From assembly GCA_017694845.1 (NCBI GenBank), contig JADIMI010000022.1, positions 650 through 64,649 of the forward strand: a stretch of DNA of 64,000 nt. Direction: 5' to 3'. The position numbers and the translations under genes are program-made. Below the pieces are notes generated by a model. That model was given only the letters and a program-made list of their open reading frames with translations. It made no database searches and had not been told where the DNA came from. Shown piece by piece: positions 47,905 through 58,632 of the stretch. Each line of letters opens with the position of its first letter. The stretch's first letter is position 1. Source of the stretch: Candidatus Cryptobacteroides intestinavium. GTDB taxonomy: Bacteria; Bacteroidota; Bacteroidia; Bacteroidales; UBA932.

Positions 47905-48501
47905 CTAAAGGGAATTCGACTCATTCAAAAGACTGGTACGGAGACGGACAAGGGCGTTGTGGATATGGTTCTCGACAGTGGACAGGCTGAGGCCGAGACG
48001 TTCGCTTATCTCCTGGTTGGAAAGATTCTCCACATAGCTCAGAAGAAAGACCTCCCTGCATCTCGGAGGAAGTTTCGAAATGGCCCTGTCGATCACAGAA
48101 CGGATATCGCGGCTGTACAGGATGCGGAGCATCTCGCTTCTGTCCACATCATAGGCTGAATAATAGCTCTCCAGCTCCCGTACCGCATTGTCATAGTAAT
48201 TGAGAACCAACAGATTATGCCTTATGGCGCTTATGGCCGCATTGTATGCGCTTCTGAGCAGAAAACTGCGTATATTACCCCCACCTGAAGACTCAGGCAG
48301 AAGCCCTTTGCGTCCCTGCCACAGCTTGAAGAACACATCCTGGACTATATCACGCGCCGCCTCACGGCTGACCATCAGTCCTGCATAATTCACCAGAAGA
48401 GGATACAGCCGTCTGTACAGTTCATCGAAAGCCGCCCTGTCGGACCGGCTTATGCGCATCACGATATCATCGAATTCCCTCTCCACTCCTGTATATGCCA
48501 T
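47905..48501 (-). CDS. ECF sigma-70 factor (Bacteroidetes PUL type)
   Basis: AFDELY, DIVQDVFFKLW, LPPRCREVF.LS, EISERLGLSLSTVENHI. Confidence 0.92.
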   Translation of the reverse strand: MAYTGVEREFDDIVMRISRSDRAAFDELYRRLYPLLVNYAGLMVSREAARDIVQDVFFKLWQGRKGLLPESSGGGNIRSFLLRSAYNAAISAIRHNLLVLNYYDNAVRELESYYSAYDVDRSEMLRILYSRDIRSVIDRAISKLPPRCREVFLLSYVENLSNQEISERLGLSLSTVENHIHNALVRLRTSLLNESNSL

Positions 48502-48542
48502 GAATCAAGACCGTAAAAATACTGTTTTTTCGGAAAAGGCAG

Positions 48543-50270
48543 TCACCGGCCCTTGAAGAAAAAGGATTTCTGCTGCCGCTTGCGCTCGATGTCACGCTCG
48601 ACAAAGACTTTCTTAAGAGTCCTGGGATCGAGGCCGGTATAGAACATTACGGATGAAGTGGTCATCGGAGTCGGGGTGAAATCCTGGACCTGGTCCATAT
48701 AGAGACCTCTGAGAGCAGGATTCCGTGAAAGTCTCTCCATCTCTCTCATTCCGCAGCCCGGATGTCCCGAAATGAAATACGGCACGAGTTCGCAATGACG
48801 GCCGCTCGCGGATACGATCCTGTCGAACTCTGTCCTCAGCTGCTCGAACAGCCTGAACGAAGGCTTGGCCATCAGTTCGAGCACACTGTCCTCGGTATGC
48901 TCGGGAGCCACTTTCAGTCTTCCGGAAGTGTGTTCAAGTATAAGTTCCCTGAGATACGGATATGAGGTATCATCCACATACCCCCTGCCATCGAGAAAAA
49001 GGTCATATCTTATGCCGCTGCCTATATATGCGTGCCTTATGCCGCGTATCTTTGCAATACGTTGATAGAGACCGAGAAGTCTCCGGTGTGAACGGTCAAG
49101 GTTGCGGCAGGGAGAAGGGAAGAGGCATGACTTGCGCCTGCACTTTGCGCAGAGATCCCTGTCACGCCCGGCCATTCCGTACATATTGGCTGTCGGGGCG
49201 CCGAGGTCGGATATGTTGCCGGCAAAATCAGGAAGGGACATAAGGGCCTCGGCCTCAGTCACGATGGACTTCTCGGACCTGGACTGTATGAACTTGCCCT
49301 GATGGGCGGCTATGGTACAGAAATTACAGCCACCGAAACATCCCCTGTGGGTGTTGATGGAGAATTTTATCATATCATACGCCGGAATCCGTCTGCCCCT
49401 GTAGCGTGGATGCGGCAGCCTGGTGAACGGAAGGTCCCAGAATGAATCCATCTCCTGCTCTGTCGCCGGAGGATACGGCGGGTTGACCTGCACATAGCCG
49501 TCACATACAGGCTCGGCTATGACCGGGGCGTCGAGCATATTTGCGTACGTCTCTATCAGATGGAAGTTCTCGGCAAAGGCCGCCTTGCTCTGACGGCATT
49601 TCTCGTATGAATGCAGTGTCACGGCATCCCGCACCCTGCAGTGTCCGTTCCTGAAGAATGCAATCTGGGGGATCTTCATCATATCGGATATGTTCCGCTC
49701 TGATTCGATGGCTTTCGTCAGCTCCAGCATCGGCCGCTCCCCCATCCCGTAACACAGCCAGTCGGCCCCGCTCGATACGAGGACAGACGGCATAAGGTCA
49801 TCCTTCCAGTAGTCATAATGTGTCAGACGGCGGAGCGATGCCTCTATTCCGCCAATTACAACAGGGACATCGGGATAGAGATCCTTGAGGATGCGCGTAT
49901 ACACAGTCACCGCATAGTCCGGACGCTGGCCGGCCTTCCCACCGGGGGTATATGCATCATCGCTGCGCAGACGTTTCGACGCAGTATAATGGTTGACCAT
50001 GGAGTCCATAGCCCCGGCATTGACCCCGAAATAGAGACGTGGACGGCCGAGCTTGCGGAAATCCCTCAGATCATCCCTCCAGTTCGGCTGAGGCACGACC
50101 GCCACCCTGTAGCCGTGTCTCTGGAGCCATCTGGCGATCACGGCGGTGCCGAAAGAAGGATGGTCCACAAAGGCATCACCGCTGAAAATGATGATGTCTA
50201 TGTAGTCCCATCCGAGAGCTTCAACTTCCTTGCGGGAAGTCGGTATCATTTCAGCCGGGCCGACAGCCAT
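48543..50270 (-). CDS. YgiQ (UPF0313) family radical SAM protein
   Basis: GDAFVDHPSFG, GGIEASLRR..HYDYW, HRGCFGGCNFC, LKVAPEH, VQDFTPTPMT. Confidence 0.9.
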   Translation of the reverse strand: MAVGPAEMIPTSRKEVEALGWDYIDIIIFSGDAFVDHPSFGTAVIARWLQRHGYRVAVVPQPNWRDDLRDFRKLGRPRLYFGVNAGAMDSMVNHYTASKRLRSDDAYTPGGKAGQRPDYAVTVYTRILKDLYPDVPVVIGGIEASLRRLTHYDYWKDDLMPSVLVSSGADWLCYGMGERPMLELTKAIESERNISDMMKIPQIAFFRNGHCRVRDAVTLHSYEKCRQSKAAFAENFHLIETYANMLDAPVIAEPVCDGYVQVNPPYPPATEQEMDSFWDLPFTRLPHPRYRGRRIPAYDMIKFSINTHRGCFGGCNFCTIAAHQGKFIQSRSEKSIVTEAEALMSLPDFAGNISDLGAPTANMYGMAGRDRDLCAKCRRKSCLFPSPCRNLDRSHRRLLGLYQRIAKIRGIRHAYIGSGIRYDLFLDGRGYVDDTSYPYLRELILEHTSGRLKVAPEHTEDSVLELMAKPSFRLFEQLRTEFDRIVSASGRHCELVPYFISGHPGCGMREMERLSRNPALRGLYMDQVQDFTPTPMTTSSVMFYTGLDPRTLKKVFVERDIERKRQQKSFFFKGR

Positions 50271-50274
50271 TCCG

Positions 50275-52065
50275 CTACATTCTGTCAGGAAGAGAAATAC
50301 CGAGTATGTCCATCGCCTTGCGGAGCACCCTCGCTATCATATTGAGGAGGACAAGCCTGTATTTCAGCAGGGCTTCGTTCTCCTCCCTGAGCACAGGGGT
50401 GTCGTGGTAGTACTGGTTGAATTCCTTTGCCAGTTCGTATGCATAGTTGGCGATCACAGCAGGAGAATGTGCATTCCCTGCCTCGGCTATCTTCACCGGG
50501 AAGAGGTCGAGAAGCTTTATTATGCGCACTTCCTTGGCTGACAGTTCCGTATCAGGATGGATATCCGCATTCCCGTATACAATCCCCTTTTCCGCCGCCT
50601 TGCGGAGAATAGACATGATACGGGCGTGGGTGTACTGGATGAACGGCCCGGTGTTCCCGTTGAAGTCGATCGACTCCTTCGGGTCGAAAAGCATGGTCTT
50701 CTTGGGGTCGACCTTGATGATGAAGTATTTCAATGCCCCCATGCTTATCATCCTGAACAGGCTGTTCTGCTCCTCCTCGGTCATATCACCTATCTTGCCG
50801 AGTTCAAGTGATGTCTCCCTTGCGGTATTGTACATCTTCGCGATCAGGTCGTCCGCATCGACGACGGTCCCTTCACGCGACTTCATCTTGCCCTCCGGCA
50901 GCTCTACCATCCCGTATGAAAGGTGGTAGATGTCATCCGCCCATTTGAATCCGAGCTTGCCGAGAATCAGCTTGAGCACCTGGAAATGGTAGTTCTGCTC
51001 GTTTCCTACCACATATATCATCTCATCCAGGCTGTTTTCCTCGAACCTCTGCTCAGCTGTCCCGAGATCCTGGGTAATATAGACGGAAGTGCCATCTCCG
51101 CGCAGCAGCAGCTTGCGGTCGAGACCATCGGCAGTCAGGTCGCACCAGACCGAACCGTCCGCCTCCTTCTCGAAGATACCCATATCCAGACCTTTCTGTA
51201 CCAGAGCCTTGCCCAGAAGGTATGTCTGCGACTCATAGTAGGTCCTGTCGAAAGTGATTCCAAGATCCCTGTATGTCCTGTCGAAACCGTCATAGACCCA
51301 GCCGTTCATTTTCGCCCAGAGCGCCCTGACCTCCCTGTCTCCCTGTTCCCATTTCAGAAGCATCTCCTGAGCCTCCTTAAGGCTCGGAGCGTTCTTCTTC
51401 GCTTCCTCCTCAGGCATTCCGCTACCGACAAGCTCCTCGACCTCTTTCTTGTATATGTCATTGAAAGCCACATAGCAGTCTCCGACAAGATGGTCGCCTT
51501 TCTGTCCGAGATCCTCGGGAGTCCTGCCGTTCCAGAGTTTCAGCCAGGCCAGCATTGACTTGCATATATGGATTCCTCTGTCATTGACGAGATTGACCTT
51601 TATCACCCTGTGCCCGTTGGCCTCGAGGAGCCTCGACACAGACCATCCGAGCAGAATGTTCCTGATATGGCCCAGATGAAGAGGCTTGTTGGTATTAGGG
51701 GAGGAGAACTCCACCATTATGGTCTTTCCTGTCGGAGGCAGCTGCCCGTAGTCACCGTCAGCCGCCATCCCTGAAAACAGACCGTTCCAGTATGCAGCCG
51801 AGAAGGATATGTTCAGGAAGCCCTTGACAGTATTGCAGGATGCGATCTCATTCACATTGGTCTGGAGCCATTCACCTATCTCGTTCCCGGTAGCTTCAGG
51901 ATTCTTCTTCGATATCTTCAGGAGGGGGAACACGACAAGCGTATAGTCGCCCTCGAATTCTTTCCTCGTGACCTGTACCTGGAGCATTGACGGCTCGATG
52001 TCAGCCCCATATATGCTCTTCACGGCCTCTGCCGCCTTTGTCGATATAAACTGTTCCGGTGTCAT
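50275..52065 (-). CDS. argS: Arginine--tRNA ligase
   Basis: VEFSSPNTNKPLHLGH, GKMKSREG, GPFIQYTHAR, terminal RM; likely start at 52065. Confidence 0.96.
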   Translation of the reverse strand: MTPEQFISTKAAEAVKSIYGADIEPSMLQVQVTRKEFEGDYTLVVFPLLKISKKNPEATGNEIGEWLQTNVNEIASCNTVKGFLNISFSAAYWNGLFSGMAADGDYGQLPPTGKTIMVEFSSPNTNKPLHLGHIRNILLGWSVSRLLEANGHRVIKVNLVNDRGIHICKSMLAWLKLWNGRTPEDLGQKGDHLVGDCYVAFNDIYKKEVEELVGSGMPEEEAKKNAPSLKEAQEMLLKWEQGDREVRALWAKMNGWVYDGFDRTYRDLGITFDRTYYESQTYLLGKALVQKGLDMGIFEKEADGSVWCDLTADGLDRKLLLRGDGTSVYITQDLGTAEQRFEENSLDEMIYVVGNEQNYHFQVLKLILGKLGFKWADDIYHLSYGMVELPEGKMKSREGTVVDADDLIAKMYNTARETSLELGKIGDMTEEEQNSLFRMISMGALKYFIIKVDPKKTMLFDPKESIDFNGNTGPFIQYTHARIMSILRKAAEKGIVYGNADIHPDTELSAKEVRIIKLLDLFPVKIAEAGNAHSPAVIANYAYELAKEFNQYYHDTPVLREENEALLKYRLVLLNMIARVLRKAMDILGISLPDRM

Positions 52066-52129
52066 CTGTCTAAAATGGTTTCGGGCGCGCCGCCCGTTGC
52101 TGATTATACATAACTCTCTGACAAGAAGA

Positions 52130-52163
52130 CAGTCCTCCCCGTACTGCAATACGGGAAGGACTG
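52130..52163 (-). terminator. Hairpin downstream of rpoD, probable terminator
   Basis: Stem CAGTCCTCCCCGTA/TACGGGAAGGACTG. Confidence 0.5.
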
Positions 52164-52173
52164 TGATATCGGT

Positions 52174-53034
52174 CTAGCCAAGATAACTCTTGAGAAGCCT
52201 GCTCCTGGAATTGTTCTTAAGCTTGCGTATAGCCTTTTCCTTGATCTGGCGCACACGCTCCCTCGTAAGACCGAACCTCTCGCCTATCTCCTCTAGGGTC
52301 ATCTCCTGGCAGCCTATGCCGAAGAACGACTTTATGATCTCCCGCTCCCTCGGAGCCAGGGTCGAAAGAGCCCTTTCTATCTCCTTGTTGAGGGATTCAT
52401 TGACAAGCCCGCGGTCGGCACTCGGTGAATCATTGTTCACCAGCACATCCAGAAGGCTGTTGTCCTCGCCCTCGACGAACGGGGCATCCACGCTGACATG
52501 ACGGCCTGAGACCCTGAGCGTATCGGCGATCTTGTCTTTCGGGACATCTATCATTTCGGACAGCTCCTCCGATGACGGCATCCTCTCGTGCTCCTGCTCG
52601 AACTTCTGTAGCGCCTTGTTTATCTTGTTGAGCGAACCGACCTGGTTCAACGGGAGCCTGACTATCCTCGACTGCTCGGCCAGAGCCTGGAGGATCGACT
52701 GGCGGATCCACCATACCGCATAGGATATGAACTTGAACCCTCTTGTCTCATCAAATTTCTCCGCCGCCTTGATCAGGCCCAGATTGCCTTCGTTGATAAG
52801 GTCGGGGAGACTGAGGCCCTGGTTCTGGTACTGCTTTGCCACAGACACCACGAACCTCAGGTTCGCCCTCGTAAGTTTTTCCAAAGCTGCCTGGTCTCCC
52901 TTGCGGATTCTCTGGGCAAGCTCCACTTCTTCCTCTACAGTGATCAGCTCCTCTCGTCCTATCTCCTGCAGGTACTTGTCCAGGGATGCACTTTCACGGT
53001 TAGTGATCGACTTGGTGATCTTCAGCTGTCTCAT
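52174..53034 (-). CDS. rpoD: Primary RNA polymerase sigma factor (short Bacteroidetes type)
   Basis: [52 protein letters not shown]. Confidence 0.95.
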   Translation of the reverse strand: MRQLKITKSITNRESASLDKYLQEIGREELITVEEEVELAQRIRKGDQAALEKLTRANLRFVVSVAKQYQNQGLSLPDLINEGNLGLIKAAEKFDETRGFKFISYAVWWIRQSILQALAEQSRIVRLPLNQVGSLNKINKALQKFEQEHERMPSSEELSEMIDVPKDKIADTLRVSGRHVSVDAPFVEGEDNSLLDVLVNNDSPSADRGLVNESLNKEIERALSTLAPREREIIKSFFGIGCQEMTLEEIGERFGLTRERVRQIKEKAIRKLKNNSRSRLLKSYLG

Positions 53035-53052
53035 TTTCTAATATCTCTCCTT

Positions 53053-54480
53053 TTATATTCCGAAGCCGAAATAGGAGACTTTTCCATACGAAGTAAGACC
53101 TTCGATAAACACAGCCCTCTTCGACTTCTTGATTATGTTGATTACGTCCTGAGGCTTGCTTACCGGTTCATCATTAACATATAGAATCACAAACCCTTCG
53201 GTGACTCCGGCATCCATTATCTTGCCTGGGCCGACAGAGACAATCTCCACACCCGACTTTATGCCGAGCCTTTCCTTTGTCTCCCTGGACACCTCGTCTA
53301 TCCTCGAGCCGTAGAAGGCAACTGAACCATCTTCCGTCACCGTACCGTTCTCCTCGGCGGTACCCTGGAACTTGACTTCCAGGTCCTTCTCCCTGCCATC
53401 CCTTATGACAGTGAGTACAGCCTTGTCTCCAGGGGAGAAACTGTTGACCATCTCCTGGACTGAAGAAGCATTGGTGATCTTCACGGAATCTATTGCAATC
53501 AGGATATCCTCCTTCCTGACTCCGGCCTTCTCCGCCGCGCTTCCGGGCGAAACCTCAACAATATATACGCCATTAAGAGAAGAAAGTTTCATCTTGTCTG
53601 CAATTTCTTGTGTGACAGGGCTCATAGTGACACCCAGCATAGCCCTCCGTACGGACCCGAAATCTATGAGATCGGAAACTATCTTCTTGACGATATTGAC
53701 CGGGACGGCGAATGAATAACCTGCGTATGCACCTGTCTGGGACACGATCGCCGTATTGATGCCCACAAGGTTTCCTGCCTTGTCGACCAGCGCTCCGCCG
53801 CTGTTGCCAGGATTGACCGCGGCATCAGTCTGGATGAACGACTCGATCTTGAATTCCTTGCTGCTGTCAGGTATGGACCTGCCCTTTGCACTTACTATAC
53901 CGGCAGTGACAGTGGACCGAAGGTTGTACGGGCTGCCTATCGCCAGCACCCATTCCCCGAGACGGAGCTTGTCCGAATCCCCGAACGGTATGGTAGGAAG
54001 CCCCTGCGCATCCACCTTTATAAGAGCCACATCGGTAGCGGGATCGGTCCCGATCAGCTCGGCCTTGAAAGTCTTGTTGTTGGTGAGGGTGACCTCGATC
54101 TCTGTAGCCCCTTCGATCACGTGGTTGTTGGTGACTATATATCCATCCTCACGGATGATGACACCGGAACCGCTTCCTACCCTCTCCCTCTCCTGAGGCG
54201 TGCCTCCGTATCCGAAGAAGAAATCGAAAATGTCAGGGACAGCCCTCGTCGTCTCCCTTGAGACAACCTTCACATATACCACCGCATCCACCGCAGACTC
54301 AGCTGCGTATGTAAAATCGGGATAGTCATCGAGTGACAGATTGACAGTCCTATACTGTCCTCCGGCCGGAGATACAACCACCTGCTGCTCCGGTCCGGCA
54401 ACCGCCGCCTTGGTCACTATCCAGGCAGACATCGCACCGGCGACAGCTGCAATTACAGCTATAATAATACCCTTTTTCAT
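53053..54480 (-). CDS. htrA: HtrA/DegP periplasmic serine protease with PDZ domains
   Basis: GSGSGVI, VTNNHVI, TDVALIK, QTDAAVNPGNSGG. Confidence 0.93.
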   Translation of the reverse strand: MKKGIIIAVIAAVAGAMSAWIVTKAAVAGPEQQVVVSPAGGQYRTVNLSLDDYPDFTYAAESAVDAVVYVKVVSRETTRAVPDIFDFFFGYGGTPQERERVGSGSGVIIREDGYIVTNNHVIEGATEIEVTLTNNKTFKAELIGTDPATDVALIKVDAQGLPTIPFGDSDKLRLGEWVLAIGSPYNLRSTVTAGIVSAKGRSIPDSSKEFKIESFIQTDAAVNPGNSGGALVDKAGNLVGINTAIVSQTGAYAGYSFAVPVNIVKKIVSDLIDFGSVRRAMLGVTMSPVTQEIADKMKLSSLNGVYIVEVSPGSAAEKAGVRKEDILIAIDSVKITNASSVQEMVNSFSPGDKAVLTVIRDGREKDLEVKFQGTAEENGTVTEDGSVAFYGSRIDEVSRETKERLGIKSGVEIVSVGPGKIMDAGVTEGFVILYVNDEPVSKPQDVINIIKKSKRAVFIEGLTSYGKVSYFGFGI

Positions 54481-54688
54481 ATTTATATATTTTAATTTTA
54501 GATATTTTAATTGTATGCTGACCTGTACATCAGCCCACTGCCGGCCTGCAATGCCTGGCGTAAGCTGAAGGCCGGGTCGAAAAAATCAAATTACATGCCA
54601 GAAAGTAGACAAATAATTCCTATATTTGTTGGTTGAAGGTCTATGACCGGAACGTAGAACAGAACGTGGAACATAAAAATTACAAAAT

Positions 54689-55813
54689 ATGAAATTCGTA
54701 ATATCAAGTTCGGAACTGCTGCGCGGGATTCTCGCAGTGTCAAAGGCTATTCCGGCCAAGTCGGCGCTGCCGATCCTGGAGAATTTTCTCTTCACCCTCA
54801 AAGGCGGCACCCTCGAGATCACGGCATCAGACACTGAACTTACCCTGAAGACCGAAGTGGAGGTGGAAAGCACCGCCGAGGAAGGACAGATCGCCGTACC
54901 GGCGAACCATCTTTCCAACCTGCTCAAGGAGCTTCCCGACCAGCCGCTCACCATCAGGACCCTCAACGACACATCTTTCGAATGCGCATGGACGACAGGT
55001 ACATCGACACTGCCGTATTTCCCGGCGGTGGACTATCCTGACATAACCACTGTCGACAACGGCTCGGCCGTGACTCTGGACTTTCCTGCCCAGAGCCTCG
55101 TGGATGGCATTTCAGGGACAATATATGCGACAGCCGACGATGAGATCCGTCCCGTGATGAACGGTATCCTGTTCGACCTGGATCCGGAATACACCACCCT
55201 CGTGGCATCCGACTCGCACAAGCTCATCTGCTATACGACCAAGGATGTGCTCGCCCCTGAAAAGGCTTCATTCATTCTGCACAAGAGACCGGCCGGCGTG
55301 CTCAGGTCAATCATAGGGAAAAACACCGAGACGGTGCAGGTCACTTTCGACACCAAGACCGTGATGTTCAGGTTCGACTCCACCACGATGATCTGCCTGC
55401 TCGTGGTAGGCAAGTATCCGAAATACAGGGATGTCATACCTCAGAACAACTCCAACGTCCTGAAGATCGACAGGATACAGCTGCTCAACACTGTCCGCAG
55501 GGTATCGGTCTGCGCCAACAAGGCATCCAACCATATCAAGTTCGACCTGAAGACAGGTTCACTGGAAGTGTCCGCCCAGGATCTCGGCTTTTCCATTGCG
55601 GCATACGAGAAACTCGACTGCCAGTACGATGGAGAAGAGCTCAGCATAGGATTCAAGTCTTCGTTCATAATCGAGATCCTGAGCAATATGAACTGCACCG
55701 GACTTGTCATCAAGTTCTCCGACAGCAAGCACGCGGCTCTGATCGTGCCTGCGGAGGATGAAGCCGAAAGCGAGAAGATTTTCGGTATCATAATGCCTAT
55801 AATGATTGCATAA
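54689..55813 (+). CDS. dnaN: DNA polymerase III beta clamp
   Basis: LPILENFLF, RPVMNGI, VASDSHKL, YPKYRDVIP, IMPI; 374 aa. Confidence 0.95.
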   Translation: MKFVISSSELLRGILAVSKAIPAKSALPILENFLFTLKGGTLEITASDTELTLKTEVEVESTAEEGQIAVPANHLSNLLKELPDQPLTIRTLNDTSFECAWTTGTSTLPYFPAVDYPDITTVDNGSAVTLDFPAQSLVDGISGTIYATADDEIRPVMNGILFDLDPEYTTLVASDSHKLICYTTKDVLAPEKASFILHKRPAGVLRSIIGKNTETVQVTFDTKTVMFRFDSTTMICLLVVGKYPKYRDVIPQNNSNVLKIDRIQLLNTVRRVSVCANKASNHIKFDLKTGSLEVSAQDLGFSIAAYEKLDCQYDGEELSIGFKSSFIIEILSNMNCTGLVIKFSDSKHAALIVPAEDEAESEKIFGIIMPIMIA

Positions 55814-55815
55814 GT

Positions 55816-56742
55816 ATGAATCTTGATCTGCAGAGGCCCCTGCTCTTTTTCGACATAGAGAGCACGGGGCTTAATATTGCCACCGACAGCATAATAGAGC
55901 TGAGTTTCGTGAAGGTCTTCCCGGACGGGGAAGAAAGGGTGAAGACGTGGAGGGTCCGTCCGTGGGACTACGTGAACCGGTGCCAGAAAGCGATAAATCC
56001 GAGCGCAATGGCAGTGCACGGCATAAAGGATGAAGAGCTCGCCGGATGCAGAAGATTCTGCGACATCATCGACGAAGTCACATCCTGGCTGGAGGACAGC
56101 GACCTGTCCGGCTTCAATTCGACAAAGTTCGATCTGCCTATGCTGGCGGAAGAGATAGAGAGGGTCAGGAAATATACCGACAGGAAACCAGACATCAACC
56201 TTCACGAGAAGAGGATGGTGGATGTGCAGAACATATACCATGTCCTGGAGCCGCGCAATCTGAAGGCTGCATACAGGTTCTACTGCGGGGCGGAGCTGGA
56301 GAACGCGCACGCCGCCGAGGCCGACACGAAAGCGACATACGAAGTGCTGAAAGCGCAGCTCGACAGATACCCTGAAACTCTCAGGAACGATGTCGAGTTT
56401 CTCGCCAATTTCTCCGAACGGCAGAGAAGCGTGGACTATGCAGGCAGACTGGCCCTCAACGACAAGAAGGAAGTCGTGATCACCTTCGGAAAGCACAGGG
56501 GGAAGACAGCCAGGGAGGTCTATATGTCCGAACCATCATACTTCGCCTGGATAGAGAACGGGGAATTCACCCTGGACACCAAGCGCCAGTTCGCCCTTCT
56601 GAAGCAGCAGTTCGACAGGGAGAAGCGCAAGGCCGCGGCCGAATCCGATGAGCCGCTCAATGCAGCGCAGCTTAAAGGGGCGGTCAACAGGCTCAACGGC
56701 AAGTTCGGGTCGTCATCGGACAAACAGGGAAGTCTGTTCTAA
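55816..56742 (+). CDS. DEDDh 3'-5' exonuclease (DnaQ-like)
   Basis: FFDIESTG, GFNSTKFD, AHAAEAD, FGKHRGK. Confidence 0.9.
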   Translation: MNLDLQRPLLFFDIESTGLNIATDSIIELSFVKVFPDGEERVKTWRVRPWDYVNRCQKAINPSAMAVHGIKDEELAGCRRFCDIIDEVTSWLEDSDLSGFNSTKFDLPMLAEEIERVRKYTDRKPDINLHEKRMVDVQNIYHVLEPRNLKAAYRFYCGAELENAHAAEADTKATYEVLKAQLDRYPETLRNDVEFLANFSERQRSVDYAGRLALNDKKEVVITFGKHRGKTAREVYMSEPSYFAWIENGEFTLDTKRQFALLKQQFDREKRKAAAESDEPLNAAQLKGAVNRLNGKFGSSSDKQGSLF

Positions 56743-57306
56743 ATGAATATCGTAGTACAGACATACGACGGACGGGTGCAGTGCCGTCCGGACACGAGCT
56801 GGGAGCGGGAGGACAGGGACCTCTTCGCCCCGGACTTCATCTCCGCATACGATTTCGTCCCGGTACTGTTCGCCCGTATATGCAAGGCGGGGAAATGCGT
56901 AGGAGGGAAATTCGCGGATCGGTACTATGATGCCGTGAATTACGGCATCCTGCTCGACGCCATCACTGTCTCCGGAGAGACCATCCGTATAATGGACCGC
57001 ACATCCGTGCTGCCGTTTCCGATGTACGACAGGGTCACTCTTGAAAACGGGGACAACATATTCAGCCTCCGCCTCGACTCCGGCAACGGCCCCCGGGAGA
57101 TCTGGTCCACATGCGCCGGATCGACATCAATGGTGGAATCCGCCATCTGCAACGTATCGGGATATGTATCGCTCAGGACAGGGGATATCGTGGCGGTATG
57201 CCTTTCCGGAGGCCGGCACCTCATCTCAAGGGAAGAAAGCGGCACTGCCGCCATCTCGGGGACATTCTGCGGCAATATGTTATTCGACTTCAATATAGTA
57301 ATGTAG
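56743..57306 (+). CDS. Fumarylacetoacetate hydrolase-like protein (divergent)
   Basis: RPDT, RICKAGK, RYYDAV, SLRTGDI; position after dnaN and the exonuclease is as usual in Bacteroidales. Confidence 0.55.
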   Translation: MNIVVQTYDGRVQCRPDTSWEREDRDLFAPDFISAYDFVPVLFARICKAGKCVGGKFADRYYDAVNYGILLDAITVSGETIRIMDRTSVLPFPMYDRVTLENGDNIFSLRLDSGNGPREIWSTCAGSTSMVESAICNVSGYVSLRTGDIVAVCLSGGRHLISREESGTAAISGTFCGNMLFDFNIVM

Positions 57307-58374
57307 CCGGCTGCATCCGGAAGCATCTCCGTTGAAAATCGCTATGAGATCGGACAGGATCAGTTCGGGATGCACAGCCCCGCTCTCCCAGAAGGCATTC
57401 CCGCCTGAAGCATTGCTCTGCGCCACATTGTTGAATATGGAACGAGGTCTCTGCATAGGGCCGAACCGGGAGAACAGAGGATGTATCTCCGTAATCCGGT
57501 CCCTTGTCGTGCAGCTGCCCGGATGAAGCCAGAAATCCGCCTCCCGAGAGAGTCTGTAAGCCTCTTCCACGGAAATCACGGACGAAGAGGAACGACCTTT
57601 GCGTGCACCGAGCACCTCACCTCCGGCATCCCGTATCAGATACGACATATAATTCTCCTCCCCGGGGACATACCACATATCGGAAAACGGAAGATTCATC
57701 AGCACCTTCACCCTTCTTCCGGAATGCTCCCTGCCCGAAGCGACTTCCATACCGGCGTCTCCGGCACGGTGACTGACCGCCGCAGCCAGCGAGACATATT
57801 TTTCACATACCGCATTGAACACACTGTCGGCCTGCGCCCTCCTGCCTGTCAGAGCACCCGCGAGCCTGATATATTCCGCCCGTGCCAGCGGGTGGTGCTC
57901 GAGATGGTCATATATAATGAAGACTCTGATTCCCAGCGACCTCAGCCTCGCTATGTACTGTGGTTCAACAGAAGACACAGTATAGGCAAGCACTACATCC
58001 GGCTTCAGTTTCATCACTGCCTCATAGTCGAATGCCGCCTCATCGCCTACTTCTACAAGAGCGGGACTCTCCGCGAGCGTTCTGTCGGACAGGAAGCGGA
58101 CTCCTGACACGGCGCTCACTGACTTCACGGCACCCGCCTCCGACAGAAAGGCTACATGGGATGAAGACATACATACTATATTGTCCATCGGGGCATCGAT
58201 ATACAGCGTATCCCTGTCACCGGTGAATGGAGATATCGAGACGGCTGCATCCGGAAGCAGCTCGAACAGCGATGCGTACATATTGCCGGCTGATGGCGCT
58301 GCCGGCTGCCCTGCAAAGGAGCAGGAAAACGTGGCCAGCAGCATAAGAGCATATATGACAGTTCTGCAGCCCAT
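57280..58374 (-). CDS. Iron/cobalamin-type ABC substrate-binding lipoprotein
   Basis: IVCMSSSH, LKPDVV, EHHPLARAEY, FWESGAVHPELILSDL. Confidence 0.85.
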   Translation of the reverse strand: MGCRTVIYALMLLATFSCSFAGQPAAPSAGNMYASLFELLPDAAVSISPFTGDRDTLYIDAPMDNIVCMSSSHVAFLSEAGAVKSVSAVSGVRFLSDRTLAESPALVEVGDEAAFDYEAVMKLKPDVVLAYTVSSVEPQYIARLRSLGIRVFIIYDHLEHHPLARAEYIRLAGALTGRRAQADSVFNAVCEKYVSLAAAVSHRAGDAGMEVASGREHSGRRVKVLMNLPFSDMWYVPGEENYMSYLIRDAGGEVLGARKGRSSSSVISVEEAYRLSREADFWLHPGSCTTRDRITEIHPLFSRFGPMQRPRSIFNNVAQSNASGGNAFWESGAVHPELILSDLIAIFNGDASGCSRLHYYIEVE

Positions 58375-58387
58375 TGGTTTGTAGTAT

Positions 58388-58420
58388 AAAAAAGGGTGCG
58401 TCAGCGTACCGACGCACCCT
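58388..58420 (-). terminator. Intrinsic terminator after tRNA-Thr
   Basis: Stem AGGGTGCGTC/GACGCACCCT followed by a T run on the minus strand. Confidence 0.8.
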
Positions 58421-58423
58421 CGG

Positions 58424-58496
58424 AGCCAGCTATGGGATTCGAACCCACGACCTTCGCGTTACGAATGCGATGCTCTACCAACTAAGCTAAACTGGC
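58424..58496 (-). tRNA. tRNA-Thr (anticodon CGT)
   Basis: Reverse complement GCCAGTTTAGCTTAGTTGGTAGAGCATCGCATTCGTAACGCGAAGGTCGTGGGTTCGAATCCCATAGCTGGCT; cloverleaf with GTTCGAATCC T-arm. Confidence 0.93.
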
Positions 58497-58632
58497 CTGC
58501 ATACACCTTTTCCGGTCCCGTCATCTGACTGCAGCCGGAAAGGGATTGCAAATATAGTTATTTTTTCCATATTTGCACCCAATCCGGATACAGATTATGT
58601 TTCTTCTGCCCGGTATGGATAAAATTGCAGTT

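Noticed and set aside
48543-50270. Radical SAM enzyme as maturase of the Cys-rich peptides
   Set aside because: The motifs are those of the widespread YgiQ family, with no SPASM or RRE features seen, and it lies in the housekeeping run after argS.
52174-53034. 286-aa rpoD as a truncated gene
   Set aside because: Bacteroidetes primary sigma factors normally lack region 1.1 and are about this size.
58424-58496. tRNA-Thr as the integration site of the accessory region
   Set aside because: It is 10 kb away, flanked by housekeeping genes, with no duplicated 3' end or integrase seen.
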